This document shows positions 1 through 11,190 of a stretch of DNA of 41,246 nt, piece after piece. Under the pieces are notes generated by a model. The model was not told the DNA's origin and ran no database searches. It worked only from the letters and a program-made list of their open reading frames with translations. The stretch is taken from positions 1-41,246 of the forward strand of contig CAWGZR010000014.1 in NCBI GenBank assembly GCA_963827165.1, read 5' to 3'. Within the stretch, counting starts at the first letter, position 1. The number at the start of each line of letters is the position of its first letter. The DNA comes from Candidatus Bathyarchaeota archaeon (lineage in GTDB: Archaea > Thermoproteota > Bathyarchaeia > Bathyarchaeales > Bathycorpusculaceae). The position numbers and the translations under genes were made by a program.

Positions 1-107
1 GGCAGGGCCAAGGTTGACCCTGCTTAGATTGGCTTCTCAAGGGGAAGGTATCGTTTAACTCTTTCTGAATAGCGGGCTTTCATGCAAGGGACCGGCAGGT
101 TTGGCTA

Positions 108-1160
108 TCAGGCCTTCAGCGATGCCATATCGATCACGAAGCGGTATTTCACGTCGACTTTTCACCAACCGTTCATAGGCTTCATTAATATCCTGAATGC
201 TAATCACTTCGATGTCAGACGTGATGCCGTGCTCGCCGCAGAAATCGAGCATCTCCTGGGTCTCGGCGAGGCCGCCGATGGGCGAGCCGGAGAAGCTGCG
301 TCGTCCGAATATCAGGCTGAAACCAGAGACGGCGAGAGGCTTCTCCGGGGCGCCGACGAGGGTGAGGTTGCCGTCGCGGCCGAGCAGGTTGATATAGGCG
401 TTGATGTCGTGGTCGGCGGAGACGGTGTCGAGGATGAAGTCGAAGCTCCAGGTATGCTTCTGCATCTCATCGGCGTGGCGGGAGACGACGACCTCGTCGG
501 CGCCGAGGCGGAGCGCGTCCTCCTTCTTGCCGGGCGAGGTGGTGAAGACAACGACGTGGGCGCCGAATGCATGGGCGAGCTAGCCGCCCATGTGCCCAAC
601 CCGCCGATTCCGACCACGCCGACCTCTGCCTTTGGTGACCCCCCAGTGGCGCATGGGCTAGTACGTCGTGATCCCGGCGCAAAGCAGAGGTGCGACCCCG
701 GCAAGATTGAGGTTGGCGGGGACGCGCAAAACAAAGCGTTCATCGACGACAATACTGTCAGAGTAGCCGCCGTAGGTGACGCCCCCGAGGTGTTTGTCCG
801 GGGAGCCGTAGGTGAGGATCTGGTTTGGGCAGAACTGCTCAAGGCCAGCCCGGCAATGGGGGCAGGTGCGGTCCGAATCGACCAGGCAGCCGACGCCGGC
901 CAGATCGCCCGGCTTGAACTTGGTGACCGCGGAACCGACCTTGGCGACCCGGCCGACGATCTCGCGGCCCGGCACGCAGGGGTGACCGTGGGCATGATGC
1001 TGTGCCACTCGTCGCGAACATAGTGAAGATCGGAGTGACAGATGCCGCAGAAGAGAATTTCGATCTGCACGTCGTGTTCAGTCGGGTCACGCCGCGGAAT
1101 CGTGCTGGAGGCCAGCGGCGACGTCGCACTGACAGCGGCGTAAGCTTTGGCGTTGAACAT
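108..1160 (-). pseudogene. NADP-dependent Zn-binding alcohol dehydrogenase (YahK/AdhC-like), frameshifted
   Basis: Pieces across frames: CGICHSD, PCVPG(H/R)[46 protein letters not shown], and C-terminal DVKYRFVIDMASLKA* ending at 108. Several 1-nt indels. Confidence 0.88.
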
Positions 1161-1176
1161 GGATTTATCCTCCTAA

Positions 1177-2304
<1,128 letters not shown>

Positions 2305-3322
2305 TCACTCAGATTTCCTCGCGGTCTTTTTCCTTGTTTCTCCGCCACACTTTTCAGTCCGTTTCCCTGCGGTCTTTTCCCTTCCCGGCTGGCTGCGCTT
2401 CCGCCGGGAGACCAATAGATTAACCCCTTCCAGTTGTTCCCGCAGACTCGGTCCTCCGGTTATCCCGAAGTCCAGGGAGACATTCTGGGAAGGGAACGTA
2501 ATCCCATGGGCTTTAAAGCTTTGATCGATCGCCTTAATGGCCTCGCTTCTCGCTTTTAAGAAGACCGTTTGCTCCGTCGCGGTCCAGAACTGAATCCTAA
2601 AAACGATGGTGGTGTCCTTAACCTCCTCATAAAAAAATTCCACCTGCTTGTCGGGGTCCCGCAACGGCGGGTCCAAAGCTTTCACCGCCTCCAGAGCCAG
2701 GTCTTCAGCCTGCTGGAGATCCGGTGTGTAAGCGATGCCGATGTATAAATCTATCCGGCGGTCTCCGCTAATATAGTAATTGACTATCGTTTTAGCCAAT
2801 AGGTCCTTGTTGGGAACGGTAAATCTCTCACCCAGCCTGCCGCGTAATATCGTGGCGCGCGCATTTATAGAATCAACGTAGCCCAAAACCTCGCCGCTCT
2901 TGATCCGATCACCGAGATGAAAGGGATGCTCGAAATGCAAGACTATGCCGCGATAAAATCGGCGAAGAGGTCCTTGCCGGCGAAGCCGAGAGCTATGCCC
3001 AGGATGCCGACGCCGGCCAGCATGGAAGCCACGGCCCGATCCAGGTTGAGGACATCGAGGGCCAGGATAATGCCGATAGTGATGATGGCCAGGCGGGTCA
3101 TGGTGGCCGTGAGCCTGGCCATGTGTTTATATCCGGAGAATCGTATGATGGCCCGAGCCACTAATTTAGCAGCGGACGGCTCAATCTGATAATGATGGCC
3201 AGGACAATAAAGGCCACCACCATGTTGGGCAACATCTTGATGTCCACGGTAAGCCAGCTTTGAAGCTTATTAATAAGTTGAGCCAGGGCCTTTTCCAAGC
3301 TTAAACCAGCTTCCATATCCAT
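2305..3322 (-). pseudogene. mscS: small-conductance mechanosensitive channel (MscS family), frameshifted
   Basis: Fragments 3161-3379, 2943-3161 and 2305-2940 give TM helices, LAGVGILGIALGFAGKD and HPFHLGDRI...G.V..I..RAT......VPNK. Confidence 0.8.
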
Positions 3323-3588
3323 GATCTCCAGGCCGAAGTCGAAAATACTCGAGCGCCAAATAATCCCCTTGCAATCCAAAAACTAATCATTAGAATTTGT
3401 TATGCAAACTAATTAAGAATATTATTCAATAGATTTATTGGCTTACCCTCATGAGCCGGGTCCTGGCCAGGTTCGGGATAACCGCGGGCCGGCATTATTT
3501 AAAGAAATTCCACTGAGGACAAGTTTTTTGAAATTTTCATGGCATAATGCTGCTGCCTTGATGACCACAGAGGCTCATAGGTGAAGGG

Positions 3589-4806
3589 ATGCCGGTAAAA
3601 CCGAAGCCCGGGAAGCTCCCCGACTCGAGGGAGGGCACCACCGCAATCCTGAGGCTCGATCGCTGAGCTTATAGGCCGGAGTGGTTTTTAGGCGACCTTA
3701 CCGCCACCCTGGTCATCTTTGCCACCACCATTCCGGCGGCGCTGGCGTACGGCCAACTGGCCGGTCTGCATCCTATTAACGGCCTTTATGCCTCGCTGCT
3801 GGCCTTAGCAATTTACGCCTTTTTCGGCACTTTTGGGCAGCTCATCATCAACCCTGGGGCCGCGGTCGATTCTGGTCGCCACTTCGGTGGCCTCGGTCTA
3901 TTCGGGCGGAGACCCGGTCCGCTTTGCCACCCTGGCCGCGTTGCAAGCCGTCATGATCGGGGTCATGCAGGTTTGTGCCGGGTGGGCCGGCTCGGATTCG
4001 TTTCCGTCTATCCCCAAATCTGTGGTCAACGGCTTTATCAACGGCATTGCGCTGATCATCATCCTGGCCCAGGCCGGCCGGTTTTCCGGGATTGAGCTAA
4101 AGAACGGGCCTTTTTCCGTGCATCCTCGAACTGGTCGCCAGGGCCCACGAAGCCCATCAGCTTACTCTATATGTGGGAGTAGCCTGCCTTCTGGGAATGC
4201 TCGTAATGCGCCCCATGCTGCGCTGGGTCCCGGAGGCCGTAGTTGTGGTGGTCTTGGCCACGCGGGCCGTGCTCCGGTGGGACCTGGGAGCCAGGGAGTC
4301 CAATTGATCGGGTTGGTTCCGGCGGGTTTGCCGCATCCGATGATTCCCCATGTGGGGTTTGGCGATATTCTGACCATGCTGCCCGTGGCCTGGGGGTAGC
4401 CCTGGTTTCCTATGTGGATACCACCATCACGGGGCGGGCCTTTGCCCTGCCAGGCAGATACCGCCTGGACCCCAATCAAGAGTTGATCGCCCTGGGCCTG
4501 GCCAACGTGGGCACCGGTTTCTTCCAGGGTTTGGCAAGCGACCACCACACCGCACCGCCATTAATGATATGTACGGCGGCCGCAGCCAGTTTGCCGGGCT
4601 CCTGGCGGCGATTCTTCTGGCGGTGTTTTTACTCTACTTCACCGGTATTCTCAAATATGTGCCGGCGGTAGCCCTGTTGGCCATCATCATCGTGGCCGGC
4701 ATCAGACTGTTGCGCCCGCTCGAACTCCTGAAGATATTTCGCACCCGGCGGGCTTCGGCCTATATCAGCCTGGTAACCACCGCCGCGGTGCTGATCGCCG
4801 GTCTGA
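3589..4806 (+). pseudogene. SulP/SLC26 family anion transporter, frameshifted and 3'-truncated (no STAS domain)
   Basis: IPAALAYGQLAGL.PINGLYA read at ~3730-3795, then IPKSVVNGFINGIALIII, IGLVPAGLP, LDPNQELIALGLANVG, GGRSQFAGL. The gene ends abruptly at the composition change near 4806. Confidence 0.8.
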
Positions 4807-5539
4807 CTGACATTTGAGCGTTATTGTCTACGGGTGTGGCGGTAAATGTTACCGAGTTGCCAGGGGACAGCGCATAATTGGAGCCCGCTGGATCTAAGAA
4901 GTCTGTGCAGTTCATTGCTACAACGGTGCCTGCAGAGTTATAGTATGTTACCAGAACCCAAACGTCCCCGATGGTTTGAGTGCCGTTGTTTTGAACTTGC
5001 CCCGTGACGGTGTAGGTGCCGCTGTTATCGTAGTGATTTACCGATCCCGCTGGGATTGTCAAGTCTGAATATTGGGTCTGGGTAGTGTTAAGGGCCGCTC
5101 CCAGGTAAAGTGTAACGTTGGTTACTGAGGATGCCCAGTTTGAGTCCAATTCAACGCCGTTCTCCAACGGGGAGAAATCCATGTAAAAGGGAGCTTTCTG
5201 CCCTGGAAGCAATGCGGGTACACCTATGAGCCGACAAAAAGCTGGGCAAACTTCCGTTGTGGAATTTTCCGATGTCGAATTGTAGGAAACTCCGCTGATC
5301 GAGATTGTTCCCAGAGGTACTGTTCCGGTGTTCTGGACTTCCCCAACCACGATCAAGTCGCCGCTTGACAGAGCTATAGGTGCGTTCGAAGGAGCAACGT
5401 ACCAGCTATAGTTTTCTCCAAGTGTGGCTTGAGTAGTCTGCGCTTTAACATGCGGCGCCGCCAAAGAAGCAAACGCGCCTAAAACCAATATAAACAGGAC
5501 TAAAGATGCAACAGTTTTCTTCAATATATCCCCACCCAA
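4807..5539 (-). CDS. secreted FxLYD-domain (Ig-like) protein, 3' end truncated at the junction
   Basis: N-terminal signal peptide; two repeats of the type V.GEVQNTG / VTGQVQNNG...VLVTYYNSAGTVV; L.PG.....F motifs. The last 15 aa of the listed ORF are antisense SulP sequence. Confidence 0.7.
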
Positions 5540-6130
5540 TCTAACTATTCCTTTCGAAGCAACATCTCCGTAAAACAGTTATTAAACTTTTTCAAAATTT
5601 AGCCCAAATTACACCCGTCTCTTCAAGAGCAAGAAAATGCAATTGAGGATGTTTTTTTCCCGGAGCTGCTCTCGCGTCTTAATCATTCTTAATTGTTCGG
5701 ACATAGAACTTGAACGTGGTACGGTACAATACATTGCGTCTGTTATTGACTTTATACGGACTTTATGCGACAAATTAGGCACTAAACAATCTTTTCCATT
5801 TCCCAATTTCAGATACATAACATTAAATAAATGTACGCACAGTTTACGCTATAACGCTCAGGGAGGGGAACAAAAACGCCAAGACAGGGCTACAAATGCA
5901 TCACAATAAAGGCCGATGTGTACGATCACTATCACGCCAACTGGGTTGCCCACAAAAAAGATTACGAAGTCAAAGGTGTCTCCAGCTTTTCAGGGTACAT
6001 AACCTATACGCTATCCAAAGCGATACACGAAAAAAACGACCGCTAAAAACGGTTTTTTCGATTTAAAAACAAGGCTTTTGCTAACGAAAAGAAATGGCAA
6101 AGATAAGAAAAATTGTGGAAGGCAGAGTTT

Positions 6131-6721
6131 TTATCTGCTTGATTGTGCGACGCGTTCGATTTCGTTGCGTTTTGCTACGCCGGCGCTCTTTATGTCTTTG
6201 TTTGCCGCCAGTATCAGTTCGTCTGCGAGTCCTTCTTGTATGCTGCGTGGGCTGTTTGCGCTGGCTAAGCGTGCGCCTTCGGCTATGTGCCTAATAGCGA
6301 GGTCTATACGGCGTTGTGGTGCAACGTCAACTGACAAGTGGTAAACAACTCCACCATAGCTGACACGTGTCGTGTCTTCGCAGGGGGACGCGTTTTCAAC
6401 CGCTTTAACCAGAACTTCGATTGGATTTTTGCCTGTACGAACATAAATTATTTCAAAGGCTTCCTTAACTATGTTGGTGACTTTTGCTTTTTTGCCTGAG
6501 TTTTTGCCTGGGCGCATCATGTTGTTGATTAAGCGTTCTACGATGTTGACTTTGGCTTTGCGGAATCTTTGGTGCTCGTGGCGTCCCATGCTGTGAGGTG
6601 CAACCATCGGCGTCAAATTCAGGTATCGCTGCAACCCGATGTCTACGACTTTAATGTCTTTGAAACTCCATTTCTGGAAAAGCATGATTTCTTGAGTTTG
6701 AGCAACTGATGCTTGTGCCAT
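6131..6721 (-). CDS. rps7: 30S ribosomal protein S7 (uS7), archaeal type
   Basis: PHSMGRH...F.K.KVNIVERLIN, NPIEVLVKAVEN..P.EDTT, VDVAPQRRID, EIERVAQSSR. Confidence 0.98.
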   Translation of the reverse strand: MAQASVAQTQEIMLFQKWSFKDIKVVDIGLQRYLNLTPMVAPHSMGRHEHQRFRKAKVNIVERLINNMMRPGKNSGKKAKVTNIVKEAFEIIYVRTGKNPIEVLVKAVENASPCEDTTRVSYGGVVYHLSVDVAPQRRIDLAIRHIAEGARLASANSPRSIQEGLADELILAANKDIKSAGVAKRNEIERVAQSSR

Positions 6722-6726
6722 ACATA

Positions 6727-7167
6727 TTACCTTGCCGGTTTCTGTTTTCTCCCGTAAACAAGTTCGTTGAGGCTTACACCGTTAACCATGACGACTTTCC
6801 AGCGGACTCCAGGAATGTCGCCCATTGCACCGCCTCTTGTTCCCCCGATGCCTTCAACAACGACTTCGTCGTGTTCGTCGACAACATTGAGGGCGCCGTC
6901 TCCGGGCAAAAACGCGCTTATTGTTCTGCCGTTCTTTATGAGTTGGGTGCGGACGCATTTGCGGATGGCGCTGTTAGGTTGCTTTGATTCAACGCCGACT
7001 TTTTCCAGAACGATGCCTCTGGCTTGCGGGGCGCCTTGTAACGGGTCAACTTTGATGTCGAGCATTAACATGCGACGGTTAAAATAACGATCGTGCCAAC
7101 GGAAATTCTTCCGTTTCTTAGCTAACTGCCTTGCGGCGAATTCGCCTCTTGGTGACTTGGAACCCAT
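6727..7167 (-). CDS. rps12: 30S ribosomal protein S12 (uS12), archaeal type
   Basis: [38 protein letters not shown]. Confidence 0.98.
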   Translation of the reverse strand: MGSKSPRGEFAARQLAKKRKNFRWHDRYFNRRMLMLDIKVDPLQGAPQARGIVLEKVGVESKQPNSAIRKCVRTQLIKNGRTISAFLPGDGALNVVDEHDEVVVEGIGGTRGGAMGDIPGVRWKVVMVNGVSLNELVYGRKQKPAR

Positions 7168-7334
7168 ACTTTAAATATTCCTTCTTTTTGCACATGCATA
7201 GTCAAAGTTCGAATATATAAACAAAACGAAGACATTTGACGAATAACATCAGAATCACAGCTCAGACTGGATGGACAGAAATAGGTGCTCGCGTTACAGA
7301 TAAATACGCATTCGTTCTAAGTATTAGTGTTGAT

Positions 7335-8291
7335 ATGCAAGTTCTCAAGCAGCATAAATGGATAGTTTTGATCGGGGTTTTGTTAGTAGCGGTGTTGCTT
7401 GTTTCTTTGTTTGTTGTTGAGAACGCTTTTAAGCCTTCGTCGTCGCCTACGCCTTCTCCCGCGCCAAGCGGAGTTTCCCTTACACCGACCCCGACAGGGA
7501 CGGCATCTTCTCAGCCCACTATGCCGGCTACCTCTGCCACACCTTTGCAAACGGCAACTCCCTCTCCTGCGTCTGACCTTTTTCCAGGTGAAGTTAGTCA
7601 ATATAATGGTCAAAGTTTGACGCCAATCAACGGTTTCCTCAGCGATATTGCTGAACATCCAGACGTGGCTATAATGGGAACACAAATCTTGAATCAGTCA
7701 ACGTATCAGTTATCGATCACTGGCCTAGTGAACCAACCCATAGAATATACCTACAGTGACGTAGTGAATAATTTTACACCATACCAGAATGTTGCAACAC
7801 TTTACTGTGTAGAGGGCTGGAGTGTCACCTGCCTGTGGCAAGGAACCCTTGTGAGCGACTTGATTAAAGAGGCAGGCGTTAGCTCAAACGCGAATACGCT
7901 TATTTTCACGGCCTCCGACGGCTACACCACATCTCTTCCCATCAGCTACGTTGAGCAAAACAACATAACGCTAGCCTACAAAATGAATAACGTAACTCTC
8001 CCTGCAGCCGCGGGATTTCCATTTGTGCTTATACCCTCAGATCAATATGGATATAAATGGATAAAATGGGTAACGCAAATCGAGGTGTCGAACGATTCAA
8101 GTTACCTTGGGTATTGGGAAAGTCGCGGCTACCCAAACAACGCCACTGTCTCGACGGGAGGGGACGGCGCGGCTGTTCCAAGTGTTTTTTCAGTCGCTTT
8201 AACGGTGGGGGTTTTCGTGGTGGGAGTATTGATGACTATTGCAGTTTATCGTATCTTGGTAAGGAATAAGCGAAGGGTTTCCCGGGGATAA
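7335..8291 (+). CDS. membrane-anchored molybdopterin-dependent oxidoreductase (sulfite oxidase/MsrP-like family)
   Basis: L.ITGLV..P, LYCVEGWS...WQG, ASDGYTTSLP, LAYKMN, GFP, GYKWIKWV..IE, GYWESRGY. N- and C-terminal TM helices and a P/S/T linker. Start set at ATG 7335. Confidence 0.85.
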   Translation: MQVLKQHKWIVLIGVLLVAVLLVSLFVVENAFKPSSSPTPSPAPSGVSLTPTPTGTASSQPTMPATSATPLQTATPSPASDLFPGEVSQYNGQSLTPINGFLSDIAEHPDVAIMGTQILNQSTYQLSITGLVNQPIEYTYSDVVNNFTPYQNVATLYCVEGWSVTCLWQGTLVSDLIKEAGVSSNANTLIFTASDGYTTSLPISYVEQNNITLAYKMNNVTLPAAAGFPFVLIPSDQYGYKWIKWVTQIEVSNDSSYLGYWESRGYPNNATVSTGGDGAAVPSVFSVALTVGVFVVGVLMTIAVYRILVRNKRRVSRG

Positions 8292-8346
8292 TTCGGTTAA
8301 ACAAATATTTGACTTTCACGACATAGTTTTTAGGGTGGGTTTTCTC

Positions 8347-8529
8347 ATGGCTCAGTTTGAAGTGTATAAAGATAACGTTCGACTGTTTCATTGGCGACTG
8401 AGAACAAACGACGATGTCGTTATAGCTGAAAGCTGCGAAGGATTCCATAACCGATCAGCTTGCGAGAACGCTGTTATTTTGGTTAGAACTGAAGCGTCCA
8501 ACGCAGGGCTAATACTAAACAACACCTGA
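8347..8529 (+). CDS. YegP/DUF1508-like small protein
   Basis: FEVYKD....FHWRL...D..VIA.S.EGF..RS.CENAV pattern. Confidence 0.75.
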   Translation: MAQFEVYKDNVRLFHWRLRTNDDVVIAESCEGFHNRSACENAVILVRTEASNAGLILNNT

Positions 8530-8652
8530 TAAACAGGCACTCGAGCGAAACTACTAAGGCATCCGAAAACAGAGCGGACTAGAGGTTTTTTGGGTTTTTT
8601 CGCAAAAGTTTTAAGTCCAGCAACGCACAATGCTTCTGAGAGGTTGTTATGT

Positions 8653-8757
8653 TTGGATAAGAAATGCCCAGTTTGCAAACGGGTTTACACGACATTTAAC
8701 GCCAAAAGCAAATATTGCAGTGACGCCTGCGCTAAGAAAGCGGGAAAATCAAAATAA
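8653..8757 (+). CDS. 34-aa zinc-binding microprotein (CPVC...YCSDAC), not in the ORF track
   Basis: Manual translation from TTG: (M)DKKCPVCKRVYTTFNAKSKYCSDACAKKAGKSK*. SD-like GAGGT just upstream. Confidence 0.65.
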   Translation: MDKKCPVCKRVYTTFNAKSKYCSDACAKKAGKSK

Positions 8758-8868
8758 ACCCCTACCCCGTCAACAATTTTTTGTCCCTATTTAAAGGGTT
8801 GGCAAATTAGAAATAACAGTTGTTACATAATGTATCGTGCTGATTGAAGCTTTGTGGGAGGTTTCGGA

Positions 8869-9048
8869 TTGGCGGAGAATGTTGAGTACGTGAAGGGTCC
8901 AGAGCCTGACAGGTGGCATTGGCAGAAAGATTGCAAGCAGTATCCGCGAGTCGCCGTTCGGAAACGCTTAGGAAGGCCAACTTCTGACCTATGCGACGAA
9001 TGCGAAGACTTAGAAAGACTTGAGATGCGCAAAGCAGCGATTGTATAA
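8869..9048 (+). CDS. small putative metal-binding protein (WHW...C...RP...LCDEC)
   Basis: His/Cys/CxxC ligand pattern; GGAGGT upstream of TTG 8869. Confidence 0.6.
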   Translation: MAENVEYVKGPEPDRWHWQKDCKQYPRVAVRKRLGRPTSDLCDECEDLERLEMRKAAIV

Positions 9049-9130
9049 TCAGGCTTAGCCTCAAAACGCGTTGCAAACCAAAATTTAGTCCACGCTTTGC
9101 CCGACCTCATACCCCAATATTAAGAGGCAT

Positions 9131-9343
9131 TCAATCGTGATTGTGTTCCCACTTTAAGCTCGCTTTGAGCGGTTTTTGCTTCATACCCTTTCTTTCAATG
9201 ACATCGTGAATAACAAAAGCTAATCCTACATCATTATTCCTGTTGTAAGAAACTACAGAGAAAGTAGCAATCGCGGTTCTTACTTTTCCCCACTTTGAAT
9301 TGAATGTTATCTCATAGTTTCTTAATTCCTTCTTAAATCGCAA
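9131..9343 (-). pseudogene. PAS/PAC motif remnant
   Basis: YEITF.SK.G..R.......V.......VG...VIHDVIERK resembles a PAC motif (DITERK). No convincing start and no other domains. Confidence 0.5.
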
Positions 9344-9458
9344 CTAAACAGCACAAATATAGCTCAACATTCGCGACTTAAGATGACTTTCCATAGAAAT
9401 TTGTAGCGGAACACGGGGTTATGCAAAGGTTTTTATGCTAACTCATTTGATTACCACT

Positions 9459-9535
9459 TTGGTTAAGGGTTGCCTTCTGGTTCACCCCCTTCTCTCTTCC
9501 TGAAGGTTCCAGACAGCCCTTAACCAACTTTTTCC
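9459..9535 (+). ncRNA. candidate ~70-nt hairpin small RNA
   Basis: 14-bp terminal stem TTGGTTAAGGGTTG/CAGCCCTTAACCAA (one G-U), inner stems TCTGG/CCAGA and CCTTC/GAAGG. BRE/TATA-like CAAAGGTTTTTATG at 9424-9437; T-run immediately downstream. Confidence 0.5.
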
Positions 9536-9657
9536 CAAACAAAAAAACGCCAGCTCAGGAAAATGCCCTTAAACATTATCAGCATGCTTTTATTTAGCGC
9601 GAAAGAACTATCCCTTAACAGCGCTGAAAAACTCCAGCTTAGAAGGCGCATGGCAAA

Positions 9658-11190
9658 ATGGTTGAACTACGAACCCAAGAACTCCAGCTCCTATCCGCCT
9701 TGCAGACAATAGGCGGAAACGCCACAGTAGACCAAATAATCGAAAAATCAGGATTGCAGGACTCCACGGTCATGCGCATCGGCCTCACCCTTCAGGAAAA
9801 GAACCTGATTTCCATACGTGCGAAGGTTCAAAACGTGGTCAAATTGACAGCTGAAGGAGAGCTTTACGCTAAAAACGGGTTGCCTGAACGCAGGCTAATC
9901 CGTGAAGCGGCGACGTTAGGAGGATCAGCTGACCTTAAATTAGCTGCGGAACAAGCGGGTATCGAGGCGCAGTTCATTCAGATTGCTCTTGGCTGGGCGA
10001 TAAGAAAAAAATGGGCTCTGTACACTTCAAGCGATAATACTTTGAGGGTTGCTGAAAATTTTGTTCACCAAGCTTTTGTTCCAGACGGGTCCGATGAGAA
10101 TCTCCTTGCAGTTTTGGCGGAAAAAGGGCTGGTTTCGCTAGAAGAGCTCAAAGACAAAGAGTTAAAGGATGCTGCGGAGCAGCTCAAAAAAAGGAAAGTT
10201 CTTACAATAGAGGTCAAAACAAGCCGCACATTTCAAATTACTCCAATAGGCAAAACGGCCGTTGCTGAAGCCAAATCCGCCCCTCAGGAAATTACGCAGC
10301 TGACCCCTGAACTCATAATCACAGGCAAATGGCACACCTCAAAGCTTCAAAAATACAACATTGAGGCGGCAGTGGCCAAAACTTGGCCAGGCAAAAAACA
10401 TCCTTACCTGCAGTTCCTCGACGAGGTCCGCGCCAAACTTGTCCAGTTAGGTTTCCAAGAGATGACCGGCACGGCGGTTGAAACGGGCTTCTTCAACTTC
10501 GACGCCCTCTTTGTGCCGCAGGACCACCCGGCTAGGGAGGAAAGTGACATTTACTACACCAAAGACCCCGCCTATGGCGACGTGAGTGGGCATGCCGAAG
10601 CAGTTGAGCACGTAAGAGAGACACATGAGAATGGCTGGACAACGGAGTCAACGGGATGGGGATACAAATATTCGCTTCTGGCCGCTCAAAGATTGATTCT
10701 GCGTGGACACGGCACATGCCTTAGCGCGCGAACGCTTGAAGCAAAAAAGTTCGAAGTTCCCAGCAAACACTTCAGCATCGCCAGAGTCTACCGCCCAGAA
10801 CTAATCGACAAAACACATCTGTCCGAATTCAACCAAGTCGAAGGCATAATCATCGACGAAAAACTTAACCTAAAAGACTTGCTAGGCGTGCTGGGCAAAT
10901 TCGCATTAGAAATGGCTGGAGCAGACAAAGTGAGGTTTAAACCTGACTATTTCCCATTTACGGAGCCAAGTGTTGAACTCAGCGCGTACAAAGAAGGATA
11001 CGGGTGGGTTGAATTCGGCGGCAGCGGCATTTTCCGTCCCGAAGTCACCTTGCCACTTGGCGTAAAAGAACCCGTCATCGCGTGGGGGCTGGGCGTTGAC
11101 CGTCTTTTCATGATGCGTGCCGGAATTGATGATATCCGGATGATTTTCAGCCAAGACCTTGATTGGCTAAGAAAGAAGCAGGTGATATGA
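9658..11190 (+). CDS. pheS: phenylalanine--tRNA ligase alpha subunit
   Basis: NFDALFVPQDHPARE, THLSEFNQVEG, FKPDYFPFTEPS, GIFRPEV, WGLGVDRL; long archaeal N-terminus. Confidence 0.97.
   Translation: MVELRTQELQLLSALQTIGGNATVDQIIEKSGLQDSTVMRIGLTLQEKNLISIRAKVQNVVKLTAEGELYAKNGLPERRLIREAATLGGSADLKLAAEQAGIEAQFIQIALGWAIRKKWALYTSSDNTLRVAENFVHQAFVPDGSDENLLAVLAEKGLVSLEELKDKELKDAAEQLKKRKVLTIEVKTSRTFQITPIGKTAVAEAKSAPQEITQLTPELIITGKWHTSKLQKYNIEAAVAKTWPGKKHPYLQFLDEVRAKLVQLGFQEMTGTAVETGFFNFDALFVPQDHPAREESDIYYTKDPAYGDVSGHAEAVEHVRETHENGWTTESTGWGYKYSLLAAQRLILRGHGTCLSARTLEAKKFEVPSKHFSIARVYRPELIDKTHLSEFNQVEGIIIDEKLNLKDLLGVLGKFALEMAGADKVRFKPDYFPFTEPSVELSAYKEGYGWVEFGGSGIFRPEVTLPLGVKEPVIAWGLGVDRLFMMRAGIDDIRMIFSQDLDWLRKKQVI

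Noticed and set aside
5609-5909. Small ORFs between the FxLYD gene and rps7
   Set aside because: No motif, no clear initiation signal, and overlapping alternatives on both strands; cannot be supported.
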